DNA from: Mytilus californianus
Lineage: Eukaryota
Assembly: GCF_021869535.1 (NCBI RefSeq)
Contig: NW_026262745.1
Location: forward strand, 77,252,001-77,316,000
Reading direction: 5' to 3'
DNA length: 64,000 bases
Both the position numbers and the translations under genes were made by a program. Under the pieces are notes generated by a model, which made no database searches, was not told the DNA's origin, and saw nothing but the letters and a program-made list of their open reading frames with translations. Below are positions 49,937 through 63,479 of the stretch, in pieces (the stretch's first letter is position 1; each line of letters begins with the position of its first letter).

Positions 49937-50050
49937 TAAACTCATCTCAGATACAAGATTTAGAATTGTGTACGCAAGACGCGCGTTTCCTCTTCAAGAA
50001 TCATCTAATCAAAGAATTAAAAGGCCAAAATAAAGAAGATGAATAGCATT
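49937..50050 (-). mobile_element. Retrozyme fragment, decayed hammerhead
   Basis: GGAAACGCGCGTCTTGCGTA retained; core and stem II disrupted. Confidence 0.5.
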
Positions 50051-50329
50051 GTCAATTGTATTGTCTGTGTTTGATTTTCATAATCAGAGATCATGGATAA
50101 AGTCGACAATACTTGATAATGTCACAATAAAGAACTTACGTATGAGGTAACTTCATATCGTCTGAAACTTATTTCAACATAATGTATTGCTATTCAACAA
50201 AACTTTCAGTTGGAAGTGTTCTCGAGTGTTACATAATTCCACTTATGATAGTGCTCGAAAATAACAACTTTGTTTTCAACGACCAGTACATTTTACAGTT
50301 TGACGGTACTAGTGTCTGAACAAATTCTT

Positions 50330-51290
50330 TTGTCGACGTTTTTATGTGGGATGTCGAAGAACGCACCCTTTTTGGTGTGCCAAACAAACCCTTGTCTTGG
50401 CTTCGTTTTATTTATGATATCGACATGAAATAGAACGATACTGTATAGCAAACACAAGATTTTTTGTGTCATTGGAAAAAGATCCATCATTCTTTAAAAT
50501 ATGCATCTGAATTTCAATCGAGAAAATTGCGTTTCTCGACACCACCAAGTAAAAAACGAGGTCATGATAGCTGATCTCAACACAAAAAAACTGACAAACC
50601 CCGAAACACTGTTCCAGGAGCATACCTCATAGCCATGGAAATTTGCTTGTTGGAATCCAAACTCAACAATAATGTAGGACAACCTATCAACAAATTAAGT
50701 CAAGAGGATACATAAACCAAAAACAAACGAAAAAGCTTTCGGGAATGGTCATGAAAAAGGTAGACAGATCGTCCTTGAAAACAAAGATAAGACGACCCGC
50801 ACAAATAGAATTCCATTTGTTGTCACCTTTTATCCCGATCTGTTAAATATTTTATCCACTGTCTGTCTTCTTTAAAAAATATTTTCCATCACCTCCTGTT
50901 AAAGCTGACCGCAGACTCAAAAATCTCAAAGATACACTTGTTACAATAATTCCAACACTAAATGACGCAATTGTAAGTGCTGTAAAGTGGCATACACCGA
51001 GAACACTTTCGTCAGAGTAACAAAGCAAATTTAACATTAGACAAAATAATCACCAGTCATTTTATACTATAGACAGAAACTGTCCAATCACGAGACACCT
51101 CTTAAGAATATGACATTCTTTTGAAAATATCAAATAATAGAGGCTAACCAAAATTATGACACCAAAGGGAGAACACAGAAAGAGAGCTAAAAGATGCACC
51201 AGATTATTACTCTTGAACCGATGGACTCCATAAGAGAGATGAAACCCCACGTTATCTTAAACCAAACGAATAAATCTTGAAATTCCTTCA
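50330..51290 (+). mobile_element. Degenerate Penelope-like element (RT through GIY-YIG)
   Basis: KPLSWLRFIYDIDM, IAFLDT, RIPFVVTFYP and IIEANQNYDT..HQIITLEP remnants; many frameshifts. Confidence 0.75.
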
Positions 51291-51417
51291 ATTTAAACAA
51301 CATAATTATATCTGTTTAATCAAAATGTACAACAAACTTCAAAACATTCTTTTAAAATGAAATGTGCAATAAGCTACACAAATTCCATATCAGCATACAA
51401 TTACACCTGGATGGCTG

Positions 51418-51460
51418 CACGCGTCTGATGAAGCTAGTCTGTCTAGCAAAATAGTGCGTG
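51418..51460 (+). ncRNA. Inactive hammerhead relic in the 3' repeat of the Penelope-like element
   Basis: CACGCGU-CUGAUGA-A-GCUAG(UCUGU)CUAGC-AAAA-UA-GUGCGUG; G12 changed to A. Confidence 0.55.
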
Positions 51461-53508
51461 AATCTATGATATACAACTGTTCAAATATGTTATAACACTC
51501 ACTAGCGTGGCAATGTGACTTTATTAAGCATTTATAATTTGAGGAAGTAACTACATTGGTTTATTGTTAAATTGATCCACGCTTAGTTAGATTGAAAGCT
51601 GGTTATTCCTATTTTTAAATCTTTATAGTTTTTGAAACATAAAATTATGCACCGGACTTTTATGCATAAAATCAGGTAGACTAATCACTTATCTAAATCT
51701 ATTTTAAGTATAATATTCGAAAAAACTGAAATACGCAATTATTCATATAGCCTTGGTTCAATTCGCTGCACTGCCTGTTCACAGTTTATAAGTAAGAATG
51801 AAAACCAGTGTTGAAATTAAACAAGTTCGATTCGTAAAAGAATTCTTACGAGTGGAAATAACATTTTCTACAACTGTTGGTTAAACAACATGTACGACGC
51901 AGCTAAGGCAAAAAAAAAAAAAAAAAAAAAAAAAACCAAGTCTGGTTTTCTGTTACCGGCCAGATAAAAAATAGGATAGGTACGTTGTCTCTTCATTTTT
52001 TCAGGTATGACCTTCTGTGGCATAATAATATAACATGTGACAGGTCAATAAAGTTATTTCAAGCTGATTTTCAGTCCTGTTCAGATCTTAATACACAGTG
52101 CCTAGGATAGCGTATTGTCTTCCAAAGGTGTTTTTGGACACCTTGGTTTAAAGAAAACATTCAAGGAACAAAATAATGACAGTTATAACAACATACTCCA
52201 ATGTTGCTCAAGTTTATATCCTTAAGCATATGGTTTCAGTATAAAAATAAGGAGATGTGGTACGATTGCCAATGATAAAAGTATTCTCCTTAGGATTTTT
52301 CTATAGCCTGTGGTAAGCGCTTGATATTGAAATGATTAACCTTTCGCATTTGGGATGTGATGTTTTATTTATACTGCCATGTTCGTTATATTATATTAAA
52401 GAGCCCTGCATTTTATATATATGCATTAACAGAAATGGAATATGTTTCATTTTTATTGTTAAGCATTAAAAATTAAAATGTCTATATACTAGCAATTCAA
52501 ATAATTTGATTGCCACCTATTTTCAAAGTAGGTAAACAGCACAGTAGGTATATCTTTTTTCACTTTTAGTTGTTTGACTAATAGACTAGTTATGCATTTC
52601 ATTTACAACTCTATGAATAACTGACACATATACAAAGAAAGACTTCAACTACCTAATTAAATGGATAGCATACATCTTTCAAATTAAAATGTGCATGTAA
52701 AATGGGAAATTTTATTTAATTTCAAAGAAAAAAATATAATCACCCTTTTCATAATACGTATTCAAAAGTTTTTTAAGACATGTATAAATAAATGCTTACA
52801 TATTCCAAAATTCATCTGATAGAAATTTAATTTTGTTTACGGTAATCTTATTTTTATTATTAAAGGCGGGTTATCAATTAAGAATTATATTTGGCAATTG
52901 AAACGTTACTACAACCTAAAAGATTGTGTGTCACCAGAATTTTTTGACAAGATTGTACAATACTGGTTTTAGTACATTTTCCTTTCGAAATTGTCTCCGT
53001 TATCAACTGCCTGTTTCAGTTCACATGTAAATTAAATTGCTGTTTCCATTAATTATAAAATATTACTTCAAATCCAAGCAATCCTATGTCAATATTGATT
53101 TTAAAAAATATTCTATCATTATCTATTAAAAAATGAATAGCAAATTCGATTTTTTTGTAATCATTTAAACGAGTTTATTTTTTTATCCTCTATTAGATTT
53201 TGTAAATAGAGATGCTAGGCCAAGACTTTACTTGTCGCCAAATGCGGAATTGTAATGAATCCCTAGACATCTGTAATGATTCCCTTTAATTAATGCAGGT
53301 TCAAACAGGTTAGTTATAAACATTAAGCAGTGATAAAATAGTCGTAGATAATTTAAAAAGGGAAAGAGAACAGGTGGTCATAGAAAGAGTAAAGCAATCC
53401 TTAAATACTTTGAAAATTATTTCTATGGCAATTTCCATCCCTTTCAAGAAATTTCTGCATGCTTTCTTTAATCGATATCTGATTTAAGAAAGAAGACAAC
53501 AGAACATC

Positions 53509-54085
53509 AAATGAGTAGGTCCGGTAAGGGCCGATTTTGGCCTCAAAATTCAGGTTCATCTGATTTTGAACACTTTTTAAACACTTAAGTGTCTACTTTA
53601 GTCGATTCAATTAGTTTATGTGAAAGATTTGAACTGATTTAGTCATTAAAGACGCTCAAATTCAAGCTTAAATATGAAAAATCTATCAAATATGCCATAT
53701 TATGTCACTTTTCAGATGGTTTTTGTCAAAAATGAAAGTGGCCGCATCCGTGTTCATTCTCAACCTTTATATATGTTATGTATTATCATTAAATACAACT
53801 TGCATTTAAATATTAAGAATGAACACAAATGCGGCCACTTCCATTTTAGACGGAAACCGTCTAAAAATTAACCAAAATGCTAAAATTTCGAAGATTTCAG
53901 TAATTTAGCATGACTTAATGATGCTAGTACCCGATACATGTGCATTGTATTGTCAAAAACAGCCTATATTTATATAACAGAAGTATTTTCCTTTCCAATA
54001 AATAGCTAAAAATGTACAATTTAACAATTTTGTAAAACTGCTATATTTTGGGGCCAAAAAGGGCTCTTACTGGGCCTACTCCTTT
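53509..54085. mobile_element. Non-autonomous DNA transposon with ~30-bp TIRs and internal inverted repeats
   Basis: GAGTAGGTCCGGTAAGGGCC..TTTTGGCC pairs with GGCCAAAAAGGGCTCTTACTGGGCCTACTC; internal IR at 53729-53760 and 53816-53847. Confidence 0.7.
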
Positions 54086-55770
54086 GTCTTTCAAGTGGCT
54101 TTTATTTGAAACATGTCTTTATTCTTGATAAGTAAGTTTCAACACATTAGAGCTTCTGGCACTGGAAGTAGCCATGTTGTTAGAGAAAAACCGAATTCGG
54201 AGTTCGGTGACGGCACCGAATTCCTGAAATTTTGAAAATCGATTTTTTTTTCTGATTTCGTCGGGCATGAAAAAACAGGGTCGGTCGGGTAAAAGGAAAC
54301 AAGACTATTTATTTTTACTTAAGTATACATTAATTAATTGCAAAACATGAATTCATAACTAATTAGATCGTCATATTCAATCCAAATGCCGTCCACTTAC
54401 AAATAATTGAACGTAAAAATAAAAACGTTTTGTGTCATTTATAAATAAAACAAAGACATGCAACCTTTCAAATATATACCTTCATACAGTTCGTTAGTGA
54501 AATAACTTGACCTGCATATTGATACTTTTAAACAATTTGTGATATTTCAAATACACCTTAAAACAAATGTTATTAACCGATCATGTGAATAGACCTTTTT
54601 GTTAAAAAAAAGGACAAAACAATGATTAAACGTCAATATGGCTTTATCGCTAATCTTTAAAAAGAATAATTGCTATTGAATTACAAGGTGTCAGATAGCA
54701 TGTTCGTTATTGACCTATGTCGAGATTTGGGCTATTTTAATTGAATTTTTTGCGTTTTATAGAGAAGGCGTCACTATTAAATCAGACTTCAATTTAAAAA
54801 GGTACTTTCATCCCTCATAGTACCCATGATTACATAAATCGTCTACATGTGTTATGAATAGATACAATTAAAATAGTAGACCAAATTGATATACACTCGG
54901 TCATTCCAGTGAATATATATATACACGCATTTGGCTTCGTCACCCGTTTGTTTCCTATCGTATCATTTTAAGATCATTATACAACAATATTCAGACAAAC
55001 CGTACACTAAGCATTTAACTTCAATTGACTTTTCATTACTATTCATTTCGTAATGTTACTTAGTATTAAACAGTCATGCCTGATGTTATACTTGCTATAT
55101 AATATGCTTATCTGTTTGATATGTATGTTACAAAGAAATATGTATATGTTTAACAGCACATGAAATGTATATCAAACTGTTCTTCCCATATTTTTGTCTT
55201 ACGTTTCTCAACTCTGATATTGCTAAACTCGAATGAAATTGACGAGGTGAGACAATTGCTATAAGCAGTTTAATTTGTATAAAAAATTATAACATTTTAT
55301 TCGATATTGCCAGGTGTGTGTATTTTAATTTTATTTTTTCGTTCGATTTTTTTATTGCTTTTTTTTTGTCTTTAGATAAATTGTTTTTAATTACTTTTGG
55401 ATATCGATTTTACTATTCATAATTTATGAATTAGTATTGATATTTTTTAAAGTCATTTTTGTTTTTTCTCCTTCTTTCTTTATGCTTACAAGTTTATGAA
55501 CTTGTTTATTTAATCACGTGGTTAACTATACCACATATGAATGAGTATGTAAGATCCTTTAACATATTTAATGCAGGTGAACTCGGTTGTAAAAAAAACT
55601 TATCGAGAAAACGATATGGTCACTCTGTAATGTATACATTTTACCAGTAATAAACCCTCAAGAAAGTATGATGGCTAAAGAGCATATATTACTAGTATCT
55701 TTATCACAACGACGGGAATTTTATAAATTTTACCAGACGATTTTATTTTTGAAATTGTCAATTTCCCCCA

Positions 55771-56020
55771 CCTTAGTAGCAATATACTAACTTCACCGGC
55801 ATATGGGGTATACATTTCCCAACTCATTCGGCATTCAAGAGCTTGCAGCTGCTACCCAGACTTTATAAAACGTCACCAGTGTCTAAGCAGATAGTTGATG
55901 AACCAGGGTTATGTCAAAGAACGTCTCGTCCTTTTTCTAAAAAAGTTCATCGGAAAATACCAAGACCTTGTTGATAAATATTCCGTATCAACTTCACAAA
56001 TAATACATGATGGTCTTGAA
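55771..56020 (+). mobile_element. Penelope-like RT C-terminal fragment
   Basis: [52 protein letters not shown]. Confidence 0.75.
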
Positions 56021-57179
56021 GAATAAATTCTAGTTCTTGACGTTGTTTTTTCATTTTACTTACGTGTGATAGTGTTCTTTTATTTGTTTTTGTAAATTAT
56101 TAACCTTTACTGTTTAGTCTATTTTTGGTAATAAACCCTTTTGGCGTAGCTAGGTAATTGTGCATCCCGCCAATATGTTGTTGTGCTGTGATAATTTTTT
56201 GTATATTTGTCTTTCATTTTTGCTTATGCGCTTTGTCTATATGCCATTTTGTTTTTCTTTGTTGACATATTTTTTTGTTCTTATAGTAATTAAGATTATA
56301 ACACAATGTTGACTGCTGTACCACGATTTTTGACATTTTTATTTATTATCTCTGTTTGTTTTGTTCACACATTGTTGTCAACATAATGATATTTTATACG
56401 ACTGTTATACGAGTGAGAGGTTTAGCTAGCTATAAAACCAGGTTTAATCTACCATTTTCTACATAAGAAAATGCCTGTACCAAGTCAGGAATATGGCAGT
56501 TGTTTTCCATTCGTTTGATGTGTTTGAGCTTTTGATTTTGTCATTTGATAAGGATCTTTCCGATTTGAATTTTCCTTGGAGTTCGGTACTTTTGTTATTC
56601 TACTTTTTAAAAGTATATGTTTGCAATGCTTAAGTATATACTGTACAGTTTATTTCATTTGAATTTAGTTTCAAAGAAAATATAAACAAGGAAAGCTGAC
56701 AAAACTAAATCATATCCCCTAAGATGTAATTATTTTACTGTTTAATCTGCTTTCCTTAAATTGTCTCTGATCACGATTTATGTAATTTTTTCTGACAGTT
56801 CTAGAAATAAGTTAGAACTAATCTCAACTGTAGAGCAGTTTAGACATCTTCAAGACCGAGCAAAACGATCCGTCGACTATTGTGTATATGTATTCCCTGT
56901 CAATAGTTTGTATAATGTTATCAATGTTACCAGAAGCTTGGTGTTTTTGTGAATAATTTTATTATAAAGTAATTCAACTTCAACTTCATTACTCGTCAAA
57001 ATCCATATTGGACATTTAATAACGTTGATTTGTGTGCATATGAGTTGTGTGATGTGCGCAAACAATCCAAAAAAAAAAAATGCAGCTCCGGTGATTAAAA
57101 AATAACAAGTATGTACATTATACATAAGTTCAAGCTCATTAGTTGATGTTGGTTCTCCTTGGCTGGTTCTCCTGGAGTG

Positions 57180-57400
57180 ATGATGTGATTGCCTCCAGTG
57201 ATGGTGCGAGCCAATCGATTCTTACTGAGTGTTCCATACGGTAACTGTTCTACGGAAAATTAATTTTGATATATCTTGATTCTGCATTGGTATGGCAAAA
57301 ATTTCAAACTGTGGCTGTTTCTCGTTCTTATTACAGTAGCTGGTATTGAAATGTAGAGTACTGGTATGGCTATTAGTTGGTGGACTAATTTGTACATGAG
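57180..57400 (-). mobile_element. 3' end of a CR1/L2-like LINE ORF2
   Basis: LMYKLVHQLIAIP..RTRNSHSLKFLPYQCRI..F.RTVTVWNTL pattern with frameshift. Confidence 0.6.
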
Positions 57401-57639
57401 GGTGACATCACAAGAGAGGGGGTGGTAACTTCCTATTGGTAGATTAAGAAGATATTATTTAAAAATGACACTCCTTTTTAATGACATCCTATATTAAAAT
57501 GCATTTAAATTTGATAACTGTATATTGATTTTGGGTATGATCTACATAGTATCTAGAACAAGCAAATCGTTGCTGTCTTCAAGAAAATAGTATCTAGAAC
57601 AAGCAAATCGTTGCTGTCTTCAAGAAATGGATTTCCTAA

Positions 57640-60400
57640 CTAGTCTTTCACTTCTACATTTCGAAGCAATGACGACACATCGTGGATAAACGACCTTTGA
57701 ACACTTTGTTTCTTCTCATGATGATTTATATCCTCTTCATCAAGAAATCGATCTATGCAGCTCTCAAACTCTTTAGCAAGTCTCGCCATTTCTGGTCCAG
57801 CAATCATCCATCTTCGGAGGGCTGATGGGTTTTCTGTTAACCCTACAGCGCCTCCATCTGACTTCACCAGAGCATTGTTAACTCTTGACATGATGATGAT
57901 GCCTCTGACATATTGCTCCAAAACGATTGCCATTGATCGCTTTTGTCTTTTATTCAACCAAATGCATTTGGGTAGGCAATTGTGGTTCCAAGTTGAGACA
58001 TTCACTCCACACACATCTACCTTGATAAGTAGAACGTTTGGTGTGTTGGAAAACGAGCTGATTTTGTTGGCGGAATATTTTCAACATGTTCAATTGACCT
58101 GCCTAATGTTTTCGTGCCTCATTGAACTTCTCTGATATATTTGTTCGATCATACATCAGAAAAACGAATCGTTCGATTAATGGCATAATGGCTTCGACAT
58201 TCACAGTACCTTGCCTGGTTTCGCATATTGGTGAATGATCTGGTGACATCATTAAATGCCATCCATGCAACCCATGCTGTTTTTTTTTCTTCCCTTTACC
58301 CGCGAACGATGACACAGTGTCGCATCCGGTGAATGCAAGGAAGATAGGCAATGCATATGATTTTTCTGGTCCTAAAATGTTAGCAAGCTCATGAAAGGAA
58401 ATGTGTTAAAAGTGTTTTCCAGTTTCAAAGGCAACCCATATTTCAGCTGCATTTGTCCCATGAAAGCAGGACACAACAATCACTACTACATCGGTATCAA
58501 CTATCCAAATTATCACTCTTATAGGTCTTTCTTTTACCGCATCTGCAATATGCACTATACTTCTGGTATTAGCTTTTTCTTGATTGCAACGTGCAAGGCC
58601 TAACGTGTCATCATGATGAGGTGTACACACAACATCTGTAGCAAAAATTCTCTTCCCGAAAATATTTTCATCCCTCAGTTAATGCGACAAAAAATGAAAG
58701 AGCACTATTTTGTTTTTATCTACCCTTAAGAAGCTCTGTCAGTTTCTTTGAACGCATTTTTGGCCTTGAACACGTCTCCTTATTCCTGTTCCTCGCTTGC
58801 TTTTCGTAGCATTCGTTAAACTGTTATCTATGTAGGTATCCCACACTACATCAAGTATCTGTACACTATCAAGCTGTTTTCTAATGTATGGACAAAATAT
58901 TGTCCCGGAATATTCATCAAAAGTTCGAAAGGCTCCGGGTTTTCACATATTAACAGCATTTGCACTGTCAATCACTATCCTCCTGAACTGCTTCTTGTAA
59001 ATCTTGAGTACAGCCAGTGTAAGGTCCTTCCTTCAGCGGTATCTCAGGAACTTTGGTCTCCAAGACAGCAGGTCTTACACGTGCAAACGATTCTGGGAAA
59101 GTTTCAGTCACTTTTGTACACTGTGTTTGTTGTAGGAGAAATTTTATCCTTTTTTCACCTTGTTTTTCACTTGTCACATGCTGGAATAATGATATCCCAG
59201 TACCATGAAATGAATCTTTTGCTGTAGTTGCACTTGGATTGTGGTCAATATTATCTACAGCAGCGGTTGTAAATAAGCCTTTCGTCAGTGACGATGGACA
59301 CACAAACCAATCTTCTTGATATTGCTTGCAAAGTCAATTGGTAAGATTAGCGGATACTGAGAGCACTGTATCATACGATACCGATAATCCTAAATGGAAA
59401 AGTGTGTCCACTATTTCTCGTTTTCTTGTCTGACAGTGAACCATTATCCCTAGGTACATATCTAATGGTGTTTCTCTAGATGCATGATGGCGGGTCTTTG
59501 GAGAGTTACGGATTCGTGTGTAGCTGTTGAATATTAACATCTGAGCAATCGTTATTGTTTCCTGAGAATATGAGTCGGGTTTTATATTTGGTCCATACAA
59601 CAACATACTAACAAGAGTTAAGAGAGATTTTGGAACCGAATTCACCTGACAGTTCACTGGAAAACTAACGTCAAACCGAGATGTTACACTAAACATGTCG
59701 CTGCGAATGATTTTCACTGCTTTAAAAATCTGCATGTAGTTTGAGTCAAAGTCATCATCACATGCTCTCTGAAGAGCGGGTCTAAAATCATCTTTGAAAG
59801 CAACTAAACTCTCTCTCTCCCTTATTTGTGTTCCTGAATATCAGGGAATTAAGCAAGAAGTATATTCTTTAATCTTGTACTGTGAACTCTGCCTTCAATG
59901 TCAACACCTAGAATCCTTATTCGCTCAGAATAAACTTTTGTAAGATCTCTCATCTTGAATACTGGTGCTAAATCTTCCTCGGCTTTAGAATCTTCAATGT
60001 AGCTGATCAATTCGGCTAATACATTCCCATGGCTTATTCCTGTGCCTCTTCCCTTTTCAGAATAATCTTTATTAGAAACTCTGAACGCCTTTCAGTATAG
60101 ATTAGCAAGACATCGAACATGGTATTTCGCTTCTTGTGCAACAAGGTCCCAAGCAATGAGTTTCACTAATAAAGCTGTGTCCTGAAGCTTTAGTGCACAT
60201 TTAAGAGCACGAATATCAACATTACTTGAAATTACTTCATGGAGGTTTTCATCTGTTTTTTTTTAACCACAAAAGAAACATACATATTCTTTCATTGCTA
60301 TTTTAAATGGTAAGCTGAGTCTTTGATCATCTGATGTCTCAATAAGTTTAAATTTTTTATGTCATCTTTGCCGTTGTTACTTAGACTGTTGATTTTTAAA
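57640..60400 (-). mobile_element. Academ (AcademX-like) DNA transposon, degenerate and internally rearranged
   Basis: TTAAVDNIDHN..SFHGTGISLFQH; XPG/FEN-like motifs (CNQEKANTR, VDTDVVV, FTGCDTVSSFAGKGKK); GLTENPSALRRWMIAGPE. Superfamily assignment is from the recalled domain combination. Confidence 0.7.
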
Positions 60401-62199
60401 GTGTACGTCTATCTTTATTCTAAAATGATAACAAACCAATATTATTCACCATATATGTGTTTGAATGTCACCAAAGAACTAAATAGATGATTCTATTACT
60501 TCATTCATCTCACTTTTTGCAACTTAGTGTCGACATTTTTCTTGTATTTTAATACAAAATGGCAACCGGAAGTGGCCCGAACTTCACCAAATGCTGTTTC
60601 AACATCATAGAATACCACTGAAAACCCTCTGATGTGATTCTGATCAAATTAATACATCATTTAAATACGTGCATTATGTACGCTGTGTTATTCAACTCCT
60701 TAGAAAATGTGTATGTGCTGCAGTTGCATATATGTAGTATACACCATTAATCTATTTCAAATTTAGATTTTCCTGTCATTTCTATAAGTAAACTCTTCAT
60801 ATTAGTTGAATATAACGTTTATTTCAAGTTTTTTGACAACGGAGTGTAGTCTTCCATTTTCGAACATCAATGATTTCAATAAAAACAATATTCTATTTAT
60901 TCTAATAAAAATCTAAAATTAGAACGGCAAAATAAAAAAAAAAATATATAAATCGCTATTTTGTCGGCTCAGACAAAATAGCCACTCCATTTTTTTACTT
61001 AGTATTAAATAACAGAAATTTAAAAAAACTGCTTGTCCGTTATTTTGAAAAAAATATGTTTATTTTTCCGTTTTTTCTGATCTGCTGATAAATAGACTTA
61101 GTTTTTTTTACAGTTAACAAGTAGATACAGTCTTGGGTTAAATTTTGTTACACACCAATTACTTTGTCAAACCTTCGTAGAGTTTTATGAAACTTTGGCA
61201 GAAGCTTTTTAATGATTAATAGATAATGTCCGAAGAAAATCTTTGAAAATATATTTTTTTTTTCATTTTAGTACTTTCCTGATAGATGAACTTCATTTTT
61301 TTACAGTTATCATTTATCAAAGAAAATGTTTGATTTTTTTTTAAATTCTGTATTCTACTGATAAATGGACTCACTTTATAATTCAGCATTACACTTTAAC
61401 ACTGACAACAGCAATTGTAGGCTAGACACAGGGAACCCCTTATGAATTTTTAATGTAAACAAACAAACGCTATCTTCTGAAAAGGATTTTTTTCTAATGT
61501 ATTATCTTATTTAATTTAAAATATAATAATATATACCTTAAAACGACGAAAACGCAAAGTGTATCCGATTCTTTATCAGAGACAGATACAAAAATCTGCC
61601 TGATTGATAAGATGAGTTTCCTATAAAATCATATGTTGAATAAGAACTAGACTCATTTTGAAATTATACAGAATTTATTTTCATTTTTTGATTGCCAATA
61701 TTCTTTTGATAATCAGATACAACAAATTTGTGGGAAATCATATGATGATCCTTCCTTTTATTTTATTCAAAGTCCTGAGACAAACAATACCAGAAGAGAG
61801 AAAAGAAGATACCCGAAAGAAGTTCTGTGCAAATGGGGAAGGCTGAAAAAAGTAAACGATTTTAGATTCATTAGTGTATTGAATTTTATACATGTATTGA
61901 TTTTTGTTTTTCTTTATTTTTCTACTGTTCTTGAGGACTTTGTCAGATCAGTTGAGTTTGGTGTATGGTGTACATGTCTGTCTGACATGTTTCATCTGAC
62001 CTTGACCTTTTTTCATGGTTCATTGGACAGGATTGAGTGTTTTTGTGGTTTGGTCTATTTCTCAGATACTGTACGCAATAGGACCACTTTATTTGTTGCA
62101 AGATCTACATGTCCGTCAGACAGGGTTCATCTGACATTGACTTCATTTTAAGGTTACGTTTTCGTGATCAAGTCTGTATCTCATATACTATAAGCAATA

Positions 62200-62810
62200 A
62201 CCTGATGTCCAGTTTCTCGTATAGCCACTTGTTTGTTTATATCAATAACCATGAGGAATTGTTCGGCTTTTATTCCTGTTGATGTCTGTTTGTCAGTGCA
62301 TATGACCTTATGTCCAGTTTCTCATATAGCCATCAGTTTGTTTATACAAATAACCATGCGGAATTGTTCATTAATGGTTAATGTTGAAGTCTGTGAGTCA
62401 GTGTATATGACATTATGTCCAGTTTCTCATATATCCACTGTTTGTTCATACCAATAATCACAGGAATTGTTCAGCACTTATTATTGTTGATATATGTGAG
62501 TCAGTGTATGACCTTATGTCCAGTTTCTCACATAGTCACCTGTTTGTTTTTACCAATATCCATGAGGAATTGTTCAGCATTTGTTACTGTTAATGTCTGT
62601 TTGTCAGTGCATGACCTAATGGCTAGTTTCTCATATATCCACTTTGTTGGTCATAATACCAGTTAACACTTTGGATTGTTCAGCATTTATTACTGTTGAG
62701 GTCTGTGTGTCAGTGCATGACCTTTTATCCAGTTATTCATATAGCCACTTGTTAGTTCATACCGATTTACACTTGGAATTGTTCAGCATTTATTACGATC
62801 GGTGTCTGTT
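62200..62810. repeat. Minisatellite, ~105-bp unit, ~6 copies
   Basis: TGTCCAGTTTCTC-like anchors at 62206, 62311, 62416, 62517, 62620 and 62726. Confidence 0.85.
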
Positions 62811-63479
62811 ATAAGTCAATTTCATACATGTATAAATGCCATTAAATGGCTAGTTTTTTTTATATCTATACTACATGTAGTATATATCAGTTCAGGCAAA
62901 CTAATGGTTAATTTATTCATGAATGATAAAAATAAGTTGCTTCATCAGATAATGAATTGTATTACTTTGGTCACCTCCTAATTTATATTGGCCATATTAA
63001 CAATATGTATTAAAGTGTAATAAAAACCCGCTGCATTTGTTTGCAGTCCTAAGTCAGGAACCTGTTTTAGTGGTTGTCGTTTGTTGATGTGGTTCTTAAG
63101 TGTTTCTCGTTTTTTATATAGATTAGACCGACCGTTGGTTTTCACGTTTGAATTGTTTTGCACTAGTCATTTTGGGGCCCTTTATAGCTTGTTGTTTGGT
63201 GTGAGCCAAAGCTCCGTGTTGAAGGTCGTACTTTGACCTATAACTGTTTACTGTTTACACATTGTGACTTATATGGAATGTTGGCCATGGCGTTGTCAGT
63301 TTGTTTTCGATCTATGAGTTTGACTGTCCCTCTGGTATCTTTCGTCCCTCTTTTTTCTCATTGACACTCATACCACATCTTCTTTTTTCTAAGTTTGACT
63401 TTTCATGAATGAATTGTCAGTTATGTTAATCAATTGTTCACATATATAAACAATCATTGAATATTATTGTAAGTGCTCT

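Noticed and set aside
56790-56890. Possible plus-strand exon with an RAKR furin-like site
   Set aside because: No partner exons, weak donor and no recognisable domain.
61411-61424. ...GTAGGCTA as the Academ terminus
   Set aside because: No matching inverted end or TSD found on the left side; boundary left unassigned.
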